Part shown: positions 10,349 to 19,640 of the stretch, piece after piece | How positions within the stretch are numbered: the first letter of the stretch is position 1 | Layout: every line of letters begins with the position of its first letter | NCBI GenBank assembly: GCA_000146465.1 | Contig: CP001946.1 | DNA length: 64,000 bases | Reading direction: 5' to 3' (one strand) | The notes under the pieces: generated by a model | The model's input: the letters and a program-made list of their open reading frames with translations, nothing else | The model's database searches: none | Told to the model about the DNA's origin: nothing | Made by a program: the position numbers and the translations under genes

Positions 10349-11935
10349 ATGAAGATAAACTTTGGATACATAACTCCTGTGCCGTTGAACACGGAGCTGA
10401 TAGACACGTCCCTTAGTAAAACCCAGAGGAGAACACCAACAGTCATCCACCCCCAATACAACATTATCAAGATAAGGATGTTCTATATGAGGAAGGTAAA
10501 GCATGCAGGAAGTGAGTTTGGATCGAGGCTTGGAACCATTCTTACAGACTTTCCAAGGATCGAGGACATCCATCCATTCTACAGGGATTTGATCAATGTT
10601 TTGTACGACAGAGACCATTACAAGCTTGCCCTTGGGCATGTAAACTCGGCAAGGAATGCCATCGACAAGATTTCAAAGGAGTTTGTAAAGCTCCTGAAGT
10701 TTGCGGACAGCTTGTACAGATGCAAGCAGCTGAAAAGAGCAGCTCTTGGGAGAATGGCATCTGCAATCAAAAGGCTTGGAAAGACTTTGGAGTATCTGGA
10801 GGAGGTTAGGATGCACATGAGCAGGCTGCCGTCGATAGACTTATCTGGAAGAACTCTCCTTGTGTGTGGATTTCCAAATGTTGGGAAGAGTTCGTTTGTT
10901 AGGAAGGTGTCAAGGGCGGATGTGGAGGTCCAGTCTTATCCGTTTACAACAAAGAGTCTTTATGTTGGTCACTTTGACTACAAGTATCTTCAGTGGCAGG
11001 TGATTGACACGCCGGGAATCCTAGACCAGCCTCTTGAAAACAGAAACACTATTGAGATGCTCAGCATCACTGCACTTGCACACATCAAGGCTGTTGTTCT
11101 TTACTTTATCGATCTGAGTGAGACATGCGGATATTCGATCAGCGAGCAGATAGACCTATTCAACACTCTGAATCCACTCCTGAATTCGAGCATGGTGATT
11201 GTTTTGAGTAAGAGCGATGTGGTGAAATTGTGTGATCTGGAGGATAAAGAAATGATCATGGAGTTTCTGTCTGGGAAGAAGTACATGGAGATGAGCTGTG
11301 AAAAGGAAGAAAACATAGATGTGGTCAAGGGGATGGCATGTGACCTCTTGCTCGACGAGCGATTTGAGAAGAAGATCAACAGCGACAAGCTCTGCGAATA
11401 CATCAACCGAATCACGATTCTCAGGCCGAAGGAGGTCCGAGAAAAGGCAGAATCGTTTGTTTGCTCCCGGGAGATAACAGAGATTGAAAATGAGCAGGAA
11501 AGGTATCTTGTCCCTTCCGAGTACAAGTACGACATCATACCCGAGATTATAGACGGAAAGAATGTAGCAGACTTCTTTGACCCAGATATTGAAAGAAAAC
11601 TTGTGGAGATTGAGAAGGAGGAAGAGGACATGCTTCCGATGTACTGCAAGACTTACGATGTGTTGTCTCCTGAAGAAAGAGCTCTGAAGGAAGAGATTAC
11701 AGTAGGGATAGAAAGAAGGAGGATTATCAACAGGCTTCGGGAAAAGAAAAGACTTCCGGATTCATGGAAGCTGAGGACGAAGAACAGTGGAGAGGAAGTG
11801 GAAGTGAGTGTGAAGAAAGACAACAAGACACAGATAGTGCAGCCACCTCGGCAGCCAAGCAAGAAGAAGGCTAGGTTTGATGACAAGCACTATTATGACA
11901 GAAAGCCAAAGCATCTTTATAGAGGGCGAAGGTGA
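10349..11935 (+). CDS. NOG1: nucleolar GTP-binding protein 1
   Basis: 'TQRRTPTVIHP', G1 'GFPNVGKSS', 'YPFTTK', 'DTPGILD'. The track start at 10316 is TTG. The ATG at 10349 ('gtaccccaaATG') aligns with the Nog1 N-terminus. Confidence 0.9.
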   Translation: MKINFGYITPVPLNTELIDTSLSKTQRRTPTVIHPQYNIIKIRMFYMRKVKHAGSEFGSRLGTILTDFPRIEDIHPFYRDLINVLYDRDHYKLALGHVNSARNAIDKISKEFVKLLKFADSLYRCKQLKRAALGRMASAIKRLGKTLEYLEEVRMHMSRLPSIDLSGRTLLVCGFPNVGKSSFVRKVSRADVEVQSYPFTTKSLYVGHFDYKYLQWQVIDTPGILDQPLENRNTIEMLSITALAHIKAVVLYFIDLSETCGYSISEQIDLFNTLNPLLNSSMVIVLSKSDVVKLCDLEDKEMIMEFLSGKKYMEMSCEKEENIDVVKGMACDLLLDERFEKKINSDKLCEYINRITILRPKEVREKAESFVCSREITEIENEQERYLVPSEYKYDIIPEIIDGKNVADFFDPDIERKLVEIEKEEEDMLPMYCKTYDVLSPEERALKEEITVGIERRRIINRLREKKRLPDSWKLRTKNSGEEVEVSVKKDNKTQIVQPPRQPSKKKARFDDKHYYDRKPKHLYRGRR

Positions 11936-12006
11936 GCTATATTATTAAAAGATACTAGCAATTTGTTGGGAGCCTGGCGGCAATTTTTTAATAAAAAATC
12001 CTTGAT

Positions 12007-13110
12007 ATGGGTAATAACAAGATTCCAATGTGGGAGCAGTGCAAAGCCTTTACTCTTGAGTTTAATTCCTTGGAGAATAAGGAAAGGACAACCTCTATGC
12101 AGTATGGGGAGCGCCTATACATAGGGTGTGGAGACGGACGTGTGGAATGCTATGGAGACAAGAAGCTGTACTCCTTCCAGGGATTTGAGTTAGAGTTCGA
12201 CTATCTTGAGAGCTGTGATGTAGCCGAGAAAGTGCTGGCGATTGAAAAGCTAGATTGCGGAGGGCCTGAGGAGCTTCTTGCCGTTGGAAACGAGCGAAGC
12301 CTGAAGATATGGAGGATCAGGAACAAGGGTCCTACCAAGGAAGTTGTGGAAGGAAGATTTTCGGAAGAGTATGATTACACATGTGTAAAAGAGTGTAAGA
12401 ATGTGCATCCGTGTATTTTGAATAGCTTGAGTCTTAATAATGACAAGCAGTATCTTCTGTCCTCCGACTATCTAAAGATAAATCTGTGGAAGCCCGAAAA
12501 GATCGAAGGATGCTTCACGATTGTGGATGTGAAGCCACACAAATACAGTGATCTGATGTTTGTAATCAACTCAACGAAGTTCAGTAGCGAAATGAACATG
12601 GTGTTTGGGTATTCAACAAGCTCTGGAGTAATCCACATAAACGATCTAAGACTCTCCTCGAAGTCGTTGGAAGTCCTAAAAATAGACGGGGTGGATGTGG
12701 ATGGAATTGAAGGGGCAGTGAAGTCCATTTCCGACTTCCAGTTTGTTGATTCAAACCTGATTCTTGCCAGATGTCTCAACTCTGTCACACTCTATGACAT
12801 GAGAAATCCCAAGGATAGTGTTTTTACTACTGTACTGTGCGACGATACAGACGAAATCAGTTCTGTTTATGAGTCTGATGCAGTGTATACAAGGTTCAGG
12901 ATTTCCTGTTCAAACGGCTATGGGTTCACAGGAGGATTTCAGGATGCAGTCCATATCGTCAATCTCTCGGACGGATCGAAGGAGGATTTGGAAATACCTT
13001 GTGAGCCAAAGAATACAGAGAAGAAAGACAAGCTCAAGCTAGTGTGCTCGAATGGAGAGAGGTTTGTTGTTGCTTGTGAGGACAAACTGTTTGAATACAA
13101 GCATGTTTAG
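12007..13110 (+). CDS. CDC55: protein phosphatase 2A regulatory subunit B (B55/Cdc55 family)
   Basis: 'EFDYLESCDVAEKVLAIEKL...LLAVGNERSLKIWRI' matches the B55 'FDYLKSLEIEEKINKIRW...KTVKLWKV' block. 'LYDMRNPKD' is also B55-like. Confidence 0.75.
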   Translation: MGNNKIPMWEQCKAFTLEFNSLENKERTTSMQYGERLYIGCGDGRVECYGDKKLYSFQGFELEFDYLESCDVAEKVLAIEKLDCGGPEELLAVGNERSLKIWRIRNKGPTKEVVEGRFSEEYDYTCVKECKNVHPCILNSLSLNNDKQYLLSSDYLKINLWKPEKIEGCFTIVDVKPHKYSDLMFVINSTKFSSEMNMVFGYSTSSGVIHINDLRLSSKSLEVLKIDGVDVDGIEGAVKSISDFQFVDSNLILARCLNSVTLYDMRNPKDSVFTTVLCDDTDEISSVYESDAVYTRFRISCSNGYGFTGGFQDAVHIVNLSDGSKEDLEIPCEPKNTEKKDKLKLVCSNGERFVVACEDKLFEYKHV

Positions 13111-13261
13111 TCAAGCTCTTGATGTGCCGAGAGTCCAGCTTCTTCCCAAAGCAACACAGTAGCAAACCAGATGTTTTGTTTATATAAAAAGTTGTTTAGA
13201 AAGAGGCAAGAAATGCCAACCACCAAAAACAGAACCTTATCCTTTAATTAATTATGCAAAG

Positions 13262-13984
13262 TCATCTTCTTAACATCCAAAAAACCAGTGCGAGCACCAT
13301 CCAGAACACCATGAACTTGATTATTGCAGGGCGAGTGCCAGATACATTCTTCCAAGTCTTCCTCATAAGGTCCAGGCCTCCGAAGATAAGACCTTCCGAG
13401 GTCTCCATGAGGTCGTCGATTCTTCTGAAGCTTTCCTCCTGAAGAGATATGTGCATGCTTATCTCTTCCATGATCTGACCTATCTCGCTGATCTGCATTG
13501 ATATCTTCTGCCTCTCTTTGATCCTCTCAGTTACCACTTCGCTTTCCATTAGCACAGCATTCTGTTGCTCTTGCGAGCACTCTGAATCAAACTCTTTTCT
13601 CCTCTCAGACACAGCCTGGGCCCGAGCATTCTTTTTTCTGGTAAGCTCCTTTAATCTTATATGGTGTCGTGTCGCCTTGTTTTTGATTATTCCATCGAGA
13701 TTTGCATATGAAGAAGCCTCCTGGTCATTTTGGAATCTTATCTCCAGCCCAGAAATCTCTTGCATCTCTCTTATCAGCTCCCGGGCCCTATCTATCTTTG
13801 ACTGCAGAGCAAACGACTCGTATACTCTCCCATTCTCCAGCATTCTACTCACCTCGGAAAGTATTTTCTCCACCGTGGCCTCTATCTCGAATGCCTTTGT
13901 GTATGGGGACGAAGAAGAAGGCCTTCCCTGTTGAGGAATGAGTGTGGCCTGGATAACCTTCATAAACTCGCCGGTTCTGTCCAT
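13262..13984 (-). CDS. syntaxin (Qa-SNARE, Sed5/syntaxin-5-like)
   Basis: SNARE heptads with a central Q ('ISMHISLQEESFRRIDDLME') and a C-terminal TM anchor 'IIKFMVFWMVLALVFWML'. Confidence 0.7.
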   Translation of the reverse strand: MDRTGEFMKVIQATLIPQQGRPSSSSPYTKAFEIEATVEKILSEVSRMLENGRVYESFALQSKIDRARELIREMQEISGLEIRFQNDQEASSYANLDGIIKNKATRHHIRLKELTRKKNARAQAVSERRKEFDSECSQEQQNAVLMESEVVTERIKERQKISMQISEIGQIMEEISMHISLQEESFRRIDDLMETSEGLIFGGLDLMRKTWKNVSGTRPAIIKFMVFWMVLALVFWMLRR

Positions 13985-14051
13985 GCAGGGCCTTGCCTAT
14001 GAAATTTAATGTATTTGTTTATGTCTTCTGGGCCTTGAAAGTCCCTCGGAG

Positions 14052-14621
14052 ATGTTTGAATACTATGAGGAACCGGTTCTCACCAACGATCTTCTGTCGC
14101 TGGCGTACATTTTGGATGGGAATGTCGGGAAGATTGTCTTTACATCGGAGATGGATCCAAAAGTTTTTCCTAGAGATCCCATTGTTCCCTCGAAATATGC
14201 AGAAGCCCTGTCCTCGTTTGAAAGCTTTCTGGACTTCTACAGAAATCTGAAGGAAGAAGGGGACTATTCAGAAATAATAACCTACTATAAACTCAAGCAT
14301 AGGAAGCTGTCATTCATTGCCTTGCATTTGAAGTATGTCCACCTCAAGAAAGGGGCAGAAAAGATAGATCAAGGAGAAGATGCCGGCTACTACAACGAGG
14401 ATCTTTATAAAACTTTACTAGAGTGCAACCAGTATGTCTCCAGGAGAGAATCCAAAGATATGTTCTTGGCTCCCCTTTACATGAGCCGATTCTATAAAGA
14501 GAATGGGGAGCTTGTGAAGTCTAGAAGACTGAAAAAAGAAGCACAAAAGATGGCTGGGGCCTCAAGGAAGTTGGACGTTGTCTGGGAGGCAGATGACAAA
14601 ACATACAGGTCTTTTCCGTGA
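14052..14621 (+). CDS. hypothetical protein
   Basis: 189-aa ORF, ATG verified. No family recognised. Confidence 0.4.
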   Translation: MFEYYEEPVLTNDLLSLAYILDGNVGKIVFTSEMDPKVFPRDPIVPSKYAEALSSFESFLDFYRNLKEEGDYSEIITYYKLKHRKLSFIALHLKYVHLKKGAEKIDQGEDAGYYNEDLYKTLLECNQYVSRRESKDMFLAPLYMSRFYKENGELVKSRRLKKEAQKMAGASRKLDVVWEADDKTYRSFP

Positions 14622-14653
14622 AAACGCCTTCTCGAAGCCTTTCTAAATAAACA

Positions 14654-15028
14654 CTAACCATCAAGCTCGGGATCTTTACCTTGTATGAAGTCTACAATGT
14701 CTGCCTCTATCTTTCCAGAGGCTTCTCTATCCGACAGAATCTGGTCGCACACAAACTTCATGTAGATTGGAAGCATTCTCATTCTTTCCTCCACAACATC
14801 CCCACTCATTTTGTTCCACCTCTTTCTTGGAAACTCCGGAAGTACTTTCACAAGGCATCTGAGCCTGGAGTGAAGTTTGTAGAAATCTCTGTATCGCTTA
14901 AAAACCTTTGTGTAACGCTTCTTGAAGCTTTTGTTATTAGTGACACATACAACCTCATACTCGGTATATTTGCCCTCGACATTTCTTGTTCCGGGAATCG
15001 TTATTTCTAGAACACTCTCTTCTTCCAT
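14654..15028 (-). CDS. PX-domain sorting nexin (Snx3/Grd19-like)
   Basis: PX signature 'RYTKVFKRYRDFYKLHSRL...LPEFPRKRWN' (R-[RK]-Y-x-D-F ... P-x-x-P-x-K). Confidence 0.65.
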   Translation of the reverse strand: MEEESVLEITIPGTRNVEGKYTEYEVVCVTNNKSFKKRYTKVFKRYRDFYKLHSRLRCLVKVLPEFPRKRWNKMSGDVVEERMRMLPIYMKFVCDQILSDREASGKIEADIVDFIQGKDPELDG

Positions 15029-15118
15029 CGGGTTTGTTTCCTCATCTAGGCTTTATAACCTCTGTTTCAATTGTTTTAGATCTGAATCTTGTCCTTCAGT
15101 TTCTCCTGGGCACGTGTC

Positions 15119-16012
15119 CTAGACCTCAATAACTTCGTTCTGAGCACTGTAATTTTGTTTTGAGGAAAGGTAATGTCTTACAGATACAAGCATCAGAACT
15201 CCGGCATAGAAGTCCCCGTCCTCGCTTTCCTTTGCCTCTCCAGAAATACTTTTTTCACTGCTTTTCAGCTCTACAAACAGACGCTTCTTCAAAGATTCAA
15301 GCTCTTCTATGCCACAGCTCTCAAAGTATTCCTTGAGGACAGAGAACGAAAAACATTCGAAAAGCCCCGAGGAAGCCAAAGGTCTTTCCTCTTTGAATTC
15401 TTTAAGTCTCTTCCTCAGCCTCTCAGACTCCCATGGAAATAGTTTCAGGAAGATGCATAGCTCCTGCCGAACCATCGATCTGAACAGAAATTCCCTGTTG
15501 TTCTTTATGTACACAGACTTCCGGAGACATTCCACCTTTCTCGACTGCAAAATCTTCACCTGTGTTCTGTAAACAAGATCTTCTTCCAGTAGCCGGACAA
15601 ACTCTCCAAAGCTTGGATCCACCATCAGCGACTCTACAGACCTGTAGATGATCTCGTTCAATCTAAGAAATCCAATCCTCCTTATTTTCTTTTGCAGGCC
15701 TTTGCATCTTTCCAGATACTCTGCCGAGCCGTCCTTCTGGAACTGGCGGCTGGCAGACATAACATCCTTCATTGTGGAAACAACCATGTCAAGCCCCATT
15801 GAATTCATGTCCACAGCCTCATCACTCAGAAAGTCCACAAGATCATATCCCACCATCAATGTGTTTATAGTCTGTATCCGACTATTCAAAGCTTCCAGCC
15901 TCTCCATGTATTCTCTTATCCGGGTGCTTAGAATCTTAAAACCTTCCGACTTCCTACGAAGTTGCTCGGCTCCTGAAAGTTTTTCTTCCAGACTCTTGAT
16001 CTTTTCCTCCAT
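15119..16012 (-). CDS. hypothetical coiled-coil protein
   Basis: The track start at 16024 is TTG. The first ATG is 4 codons in, with CCC upstream. N-terminal coiled coil. Confidence 0.45.
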   Translation of the reverse strand: MEEKIKSLEEKLSGAEQLRRKSEGFKILSTRIREYMERLEALNSRIQTINTLMVGYDLVDFLSDEAVDMNSMGLDMVVSTMKDVMSASRQFQKDGSAEYLERCKGLQKKIRRIGFLRLNEIIYRSVESLMVDPSFGEFVRLLEEDLVYRTQVKILQSRKVECLRKSVYIKNNREFLFRSMVRQELCIFLKLFPWESERLRKRLKEFKEERPLASSGLFECFSFSVLKEYFESCGIEELESLKKRLFVELKSSEKSISGEAKESEDGDFYAGVLMLVSVRHYLSSKQNYSAQNEVIEV

Positions 16013-16084
16013 GGAAACTAACAATTAGGGCTGTTCTTATGTCTTGGAAGACAAAGTACAAATTCAGGTCCTTGCACCCCATTG

Positions 16085-17443
16085 ATGGAGATCGGGTTAA
16101 TTGGCCTGGGAGTTATGGGGCGAAACCTTGCACTAAACATTGCCGCAAAAGGATACAAGCTCCATGTTTTCAACAGAACATCCTCAAAGACAGATAGCCT
16201 TATCCAGGAAAGACCGGATATCTGCCCTCATTATTCTGTAGAGGATCTGGTTAAAGGGATGAAAAGCTCACCAAAGATCATTCTTTTGATGTTGACCTCT
16301 GGGAAAGTAGTAGACATTTTTCTGGAGGAGCTTGGAAAACACCTGAGCAAAGATGATATTGTAATTGATGGAGGAAACTCCTCGTTCAAGGACACTATCC
16401 GAAGAAACAGCTATGGGTTTGAGTTTGTTGGGTGTGGGATCTCTGGAGGGGAAAAAGGAGCAAGGAATGGAGCGTCCATAATGGTAGGATGTGGCAGAGA
16501 AACCTGGGAGAAGGTTAGGGGGTTTCTCACAGACATTTCGGCAACCAACAGCTCCACGGGAGAGAACTGCTGTGTATGGCTTGGAGAAGATGGGGCTGGG
16601 CACTTTGTTAAAATGATCCACAATGGAATTGAGTATGGAGATATGGCAATAATCTCTGAGACCTACCTTATTCTAAGGTCACTGGGGCTTGATAACAGAG
16701 AGATCTCCTCACTGTTTGACAATTGGGACAAGAAGGAGTCGGAGAGCTATCTCCTCCGGATTTCATGCAGCATCTTAAGAATGAGAAACGAGAAGGGGAG
16801 TGTGATTGATCAGATAATGGATGTCTCTGAGCAGAAGGGGACAGGGAAGGAGACAGTGGTGACTTCTATGGAGATGGGGGTGGCTGTTCCTGCAATAATG
16901 GAGGCTGTTGCATCTCGGATTGTGTCGCATATGAAGGATAAAAGATGTAAACTCTCCTCAAAGCTGGAGAGTATTAAGGGGGAGAAAAGAATATCAAGCG
17001 ATGCTGTGAGAAAAGGATTTTATCTTGCAAGGATAGTTTCATACATCCAAGGGCTTAATCTGCTGATGGAAGGGAAGGAGAAATATGGATGGAAATATAC
17101 AATTAGGGACATTTCCAGGGTTTGGAGCGACGGATGTATTCTCCGGGGAAAGCTTATAAATGCAATTGAAGAGATGGGAAGGGGGCAGGAGGGAGATTTT
17201 GAACTTAGCCCGGGATTTGTGTCCTTGTGCAACAAGAACTTTCCGTATCTGAAGGAGATGGTGTTATACTCGGTCGAGAACGAGGTGGCGGTTCCAACGA
17301 TTGCGTCTTGCTTGATGTACTTGAGCGGAATCAAGGAGAAAGAGGGGGGAGGAAGTATGATCCAGGCGATGAGGGATTATTTTGGGTCGCACATGGTAAC
17401 GATGGAGGGGGAGGCTAAGGCCGAGCACATTGAATGGGCTTAG
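16085..17443 (+). CDS. GND1: 6-phosphogluconate dehydrogenase (decarboxylating)
   Basis: 'IGLIGLGVMGRNLA', 'GGNSSFKDTIRR', 'GISGGEKGARNGASIMVG', 'GAGHFVKMIHNGIEYGDM'. The track start is TTG. The ATG is one codon later, with 'cacccc' upstream. Confidence 0.9.
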   Translation: MEIGLIGLGVMGRNLALNIAAKGYKLHVFNRTSSKTDSLIQERPDICPHYSVEDLVKGMKSSPKIILLMLTSGKVVDIFLEELGKHLSKDDIVIDGGNSSFKDTIRRNSYGFEFVGCGISGGEKGARNGASIMVGCGRETWEKVRGFLTDISATNSSTGENCCVWLGEDGAGHFVKMIHNGIEYGDMAIISETYLILRSLGLDNREISSLFDNWDKKESESYLLRISCSILRMRNEKGSVIDQIMDVSEQKGTGKETVVTSMEMGVAVPAIMEAVASRIVSHMKDKRCKLSSKLESIKGEKRISSDAVRKGFYLARIVSYIQGLNLLMEGKEKYGWKYTIRDISRVWSDGCILRGKLINAIEEMGRGQEGDFELSPGFVSLCNKNFPYLKEMVLYSVENEVAVPTIASCLMYLSGIKEKEGGGSMIQAMRDYFGSHMVTMEGEAKAEHIEWA

Positions 17444-17523
17444 GCGGGGTTATGTTTGATTAAACCTTTGTAAATAGAATTAACAAGAGTTTATAAAGAA
17501 TTGTTAGATCGGTACCCGTGGAA

Positions 17524-18198
17524 ATGGAATGTCCGAAGATTGAATTAGAAACGAATTCAGATGCGTGCAATTGGACTAAAGAGGTTAAAGGAGGACCTCG
17601 GGATGCAGAAAAAGATAGATCAGAACTGCCTCAGATACTGTTTATAACGTCGAGTCTCTATAAGTACAATGCATTTCGGGGGTTTTTAGGAGTTCCTGTG
17701 AAACTGGTCAGCTTAGAGATGGAGGAGATACAGGGGAGCAAGGACGAGATAATCATGGACAAGCTTCAAAAGGTAAGGCATCTTGTCACCAAATCGAACT
17801 TTGTGTTTGTAGATGACACCAGCATCCACATGGATGGACTAGGAGGATTTCCAGGGCAGTATGCAAAGGACTTTCTAAAGATTGGAATTCCAAAAGTATT
17901 GGAGATTGCCTCAAAGGTTGGGGGAGGATGTGTGTACTCTACTATTATTGGAGTGATGCATATGGAGGAAGAGAAGATTGTTAGCAAATTGTTTTCTGGG
18001 GAGGTTACAGGAAGCATCATACAGAGGGAGGGATTTGAGTCCAATGAGTTTAAGGATTTCTTCCTTCCTAAGAAGGAAGAGTGTGAGGGAATTCCAAGCT
18101 CGATAGGAAGGGTTAACATAGGAAGATACAAGGCTGTTGAAAAGGCCAAGAAATATTTAATTGGAATTGGAGTGTATGGGCTGTTGGGTGGAAATTAA
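17524..18198 (+). CDS. HAM1: inosine triphosphate pyrophosphatase (Ham1 family)
   Basis: 'ILFITSS..K', 'LEMEEIQGS', 'DDTSIHMDGLGGFPGQYAKDFL'. The track start is GTG. The ATG is at 17524 with 'taCCCgtggaaATG'. Confidence 0.75.
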   Translation: MECPKIELETNSDACNWTKEVKGGPRDAEKDRSELPQILFITSSLYKYNAFRGFLGVPVKLVSLEMEEIQGSKDEIIMDKLQKVRHLVTKSNFVFVDDTSIHMDGLGGFPGQYAKDFLKIGIPKVLEIASKVGGGCVYSTIIGVMHMEEEKIVSKLFSGEVTGSIIQREGFESNEFKDFFLPKKEECEGIPSSIGRVNIGRYKAVEKAKKYLIGIGVYGLLGGN

Positions 18199-18292
18199 AG
18201 GTATTTTGTTAAGTGTGTCTATTTAGCTGTATAGGCTCTAGTGTGAAGGGAAATGGATTTGGAAAAAGAAGCCCTTAAAGTATTTTTGCAGG

Positions 18293-19111
18293 ATGCTTGA
18301 GGATTTGGATGGGTTTATTTTCAGGCGAAATGGCAGGCAGGGAACTAAGGGACGAAGGCTCTTCTCTGAAGGAAAGGGGGAGTTGGAAGTGGCTCGGGGA
18401 AACACCGATGGGATCTTCAGTTTTAAATTTGTCCGGGAAAAGAAGAGAAAGGTAGACTTGGAGGTAGAGAGCTTAGGGAAGAAGTCCAAGGGAAAAGATG
18501 TGGTATGGACAGAAGAAAAGGGCAAAGAAGGGATGGAGGTATGCGAGGAAGGAGATATATGCAGCAGCATAGTAATTAGGGAAGTGCCAAAGAAGAGAAT
18601 GAGTGTTTCCTCTTTGCATGAAAAACTTGAAGAAGGAGGGACACTAGGGGGCTTAGTTAGATTATGTGTTGAATATGTGCTTGAGAAGAAGAAAACAGGG
18701 TATGGAATGGATTTGGGGAGGAAGCTCCATCAGAACGAAGACTTGATTAAGAAGAGGGATGTTGAAAAGGAAGTCGAAGAGGCAGAGAAAAAGATTGAAT
18801 GGGCTTCCTGCGAAGAGGAGAAATGGAACAGCTTGAGAAATGAGGTGGAGAACTCTAATTTAATCGAGATTCGGGAGCCCAAAAAAAGAGTTCGGGATTT
18901 TGGATATGAAGAGAAGATGGAAGGGGTGCGGCGAGAGTTTTCAGCAAAGATAGAAAGGCTTGAGTTTCTAAAGGAGTCTGCTTTGGCCTGTGTTTCCCGG
19001 ATAAGAGAGCAAAGCGAGGATCTTCTTGGACGGATCTTAAGAATCATGTGTAAAGAAAAAGAAGTGGATACGCTTTTCCTGCTCAAGACCTTATCTAGAA
19101 CAAGCAAGTAA
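18293..19111 (+). CDS. hypothetical K/E-rich protein
   Basis: 272-aa charged ORF, ATG verified. Confidence 0.4.
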   Translation: MLEDLDGFIFRRNGRQGTKGRRLFSEGKGELEVARGNTDGIFSFKFVREKKRKVDLEVESLGKKSKGKDVVWTEEKGKEGMEVCEEGDICSSIVIREVPKKRMSVSSLHEKLEEGGTLGGLVRLCVEYVLEKKKTGYGMDLGRKLHQNEDLIKKRDVEKEVEEAEKKIEWASCEEEKWNSLRNEVENSNLIEIREPKKRVRDFGYEEKMEGVRREFSAKIERLEFLKESALACVSRIREQSEDLLGRILRIMCKEKEVDTLFLLKTLSRTSK

Positions 19112-19227
19112 GAGGTTCTGAGGGAGTGTTTTATAGAATAAAAGTCTTCTGTAGTCTTTTGAGTTTGTCCTTGGAAAAGGCAAAGGAGGGGAGTTTGGCC
19201 GTATGAGATTGGAAGGGGCTGAGGCCA

Positions 19228-19300
19228 GCCGCCATAGCTAAGTGGTTATAGCGCCAGTTTAGTAAACTGGAGGCCCCGAGTTCGAATCTCGGTGGTGGCT
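19228..19300 (+). tRNA. tRNA-Thr (anticodon AGT)
   Basis: Cloverleaf by hand: acceptor GCCGCCA/TGGTGGC, D-arm GCTA-AGTGGTTA-TAGC (A box), anticodon stem CCAGT/ACTGG with loop TTAGTAA, T-arm CCGAG-TTCGAAT-CTCGG (B box), discriminator T. No intron. Confidence 0.85.
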
Positions 19301-19310
19301 TTGTTTTTGT
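19301..19310 (+). terminator. Pol III T-run terminator after tRNA-Thr
   Basis: TTGTTTTTGT lies directly 3' of the tRNA. Confidence 0.5.
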
Positions 19311-19368
19311 ATCCCAGGTTCTTCCATTTGGTTTGGCCAACAAAATAATCTGGAAGCCATAGCCCTAA

Positions 19369-19590
19369 ATGTCACAGAAGTCTCAGAGAGCAAGCCTTCT
19401 ATCAGAGTACTGGAGATCCGTCCAGACCTTCTTAAAAAAGTGCATCCGACCTTCAAGAAAGGAATTCTCGGCATCGATGAAGCACCATGCCATTGGAATA
19501 GGCTTTCTCGGGATTTTGGGATATGGAGTAAAGCTAATACACATTCCAATTAATAACATTATTGTGAGTAGTAACCCAAACAAGGAATAA
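19369..19590 (+). CDS. SSS1: Sec61 translocon gamma subunit (Sss1/SecE)
   Basis: 'FLKKCIRPSRKEFSASMKHHAIGIGFLGILGYGVKLIHIPINNIIV' closely matches Sss1 'FLAKCKKPDLKEY...VGIGFIAVGIIGYAIKLIHIPI'. The ATG sits in a 'gCCCtaaATG' context. Confidence 0.8.
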   Translation: MSQKSQRASLLSEYWRSVQTFLKKCIRPSRKEFSASMKHHAIGIGFLGILGYGVKLIHIPINNIIVSSNPNKE

Positions 19591-19640
19591 AAGATGTGTT
19601 TCAAAGTATTTACTTTCGATTCTAAAGTTACAGCTTTTGG

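Noticed and set aside
11101-11649. 182-aa minus-strand ORF inside NOG1
   Set aside because: Serine-rich antisense ORF within a highly conserved gene.
19131-19343. 70-aa minus-strand ORF overlapping tRNA-Thr
   Set aside because: It covers a tRNA gene with a perfect cloverleaf. The amino-acid sequence it encodes looks like an artefact of reading the reverse complement of the tRNA.
19383-19604. 73-aa minus-strand ORF mirroring Sec61-gamma
   Set aside because: It starts with TTG, not ATG. The plus-strand ORF carries the diagnostic Sec61-gamma 'KLIHIPI' TM and a CCC-ATG context.
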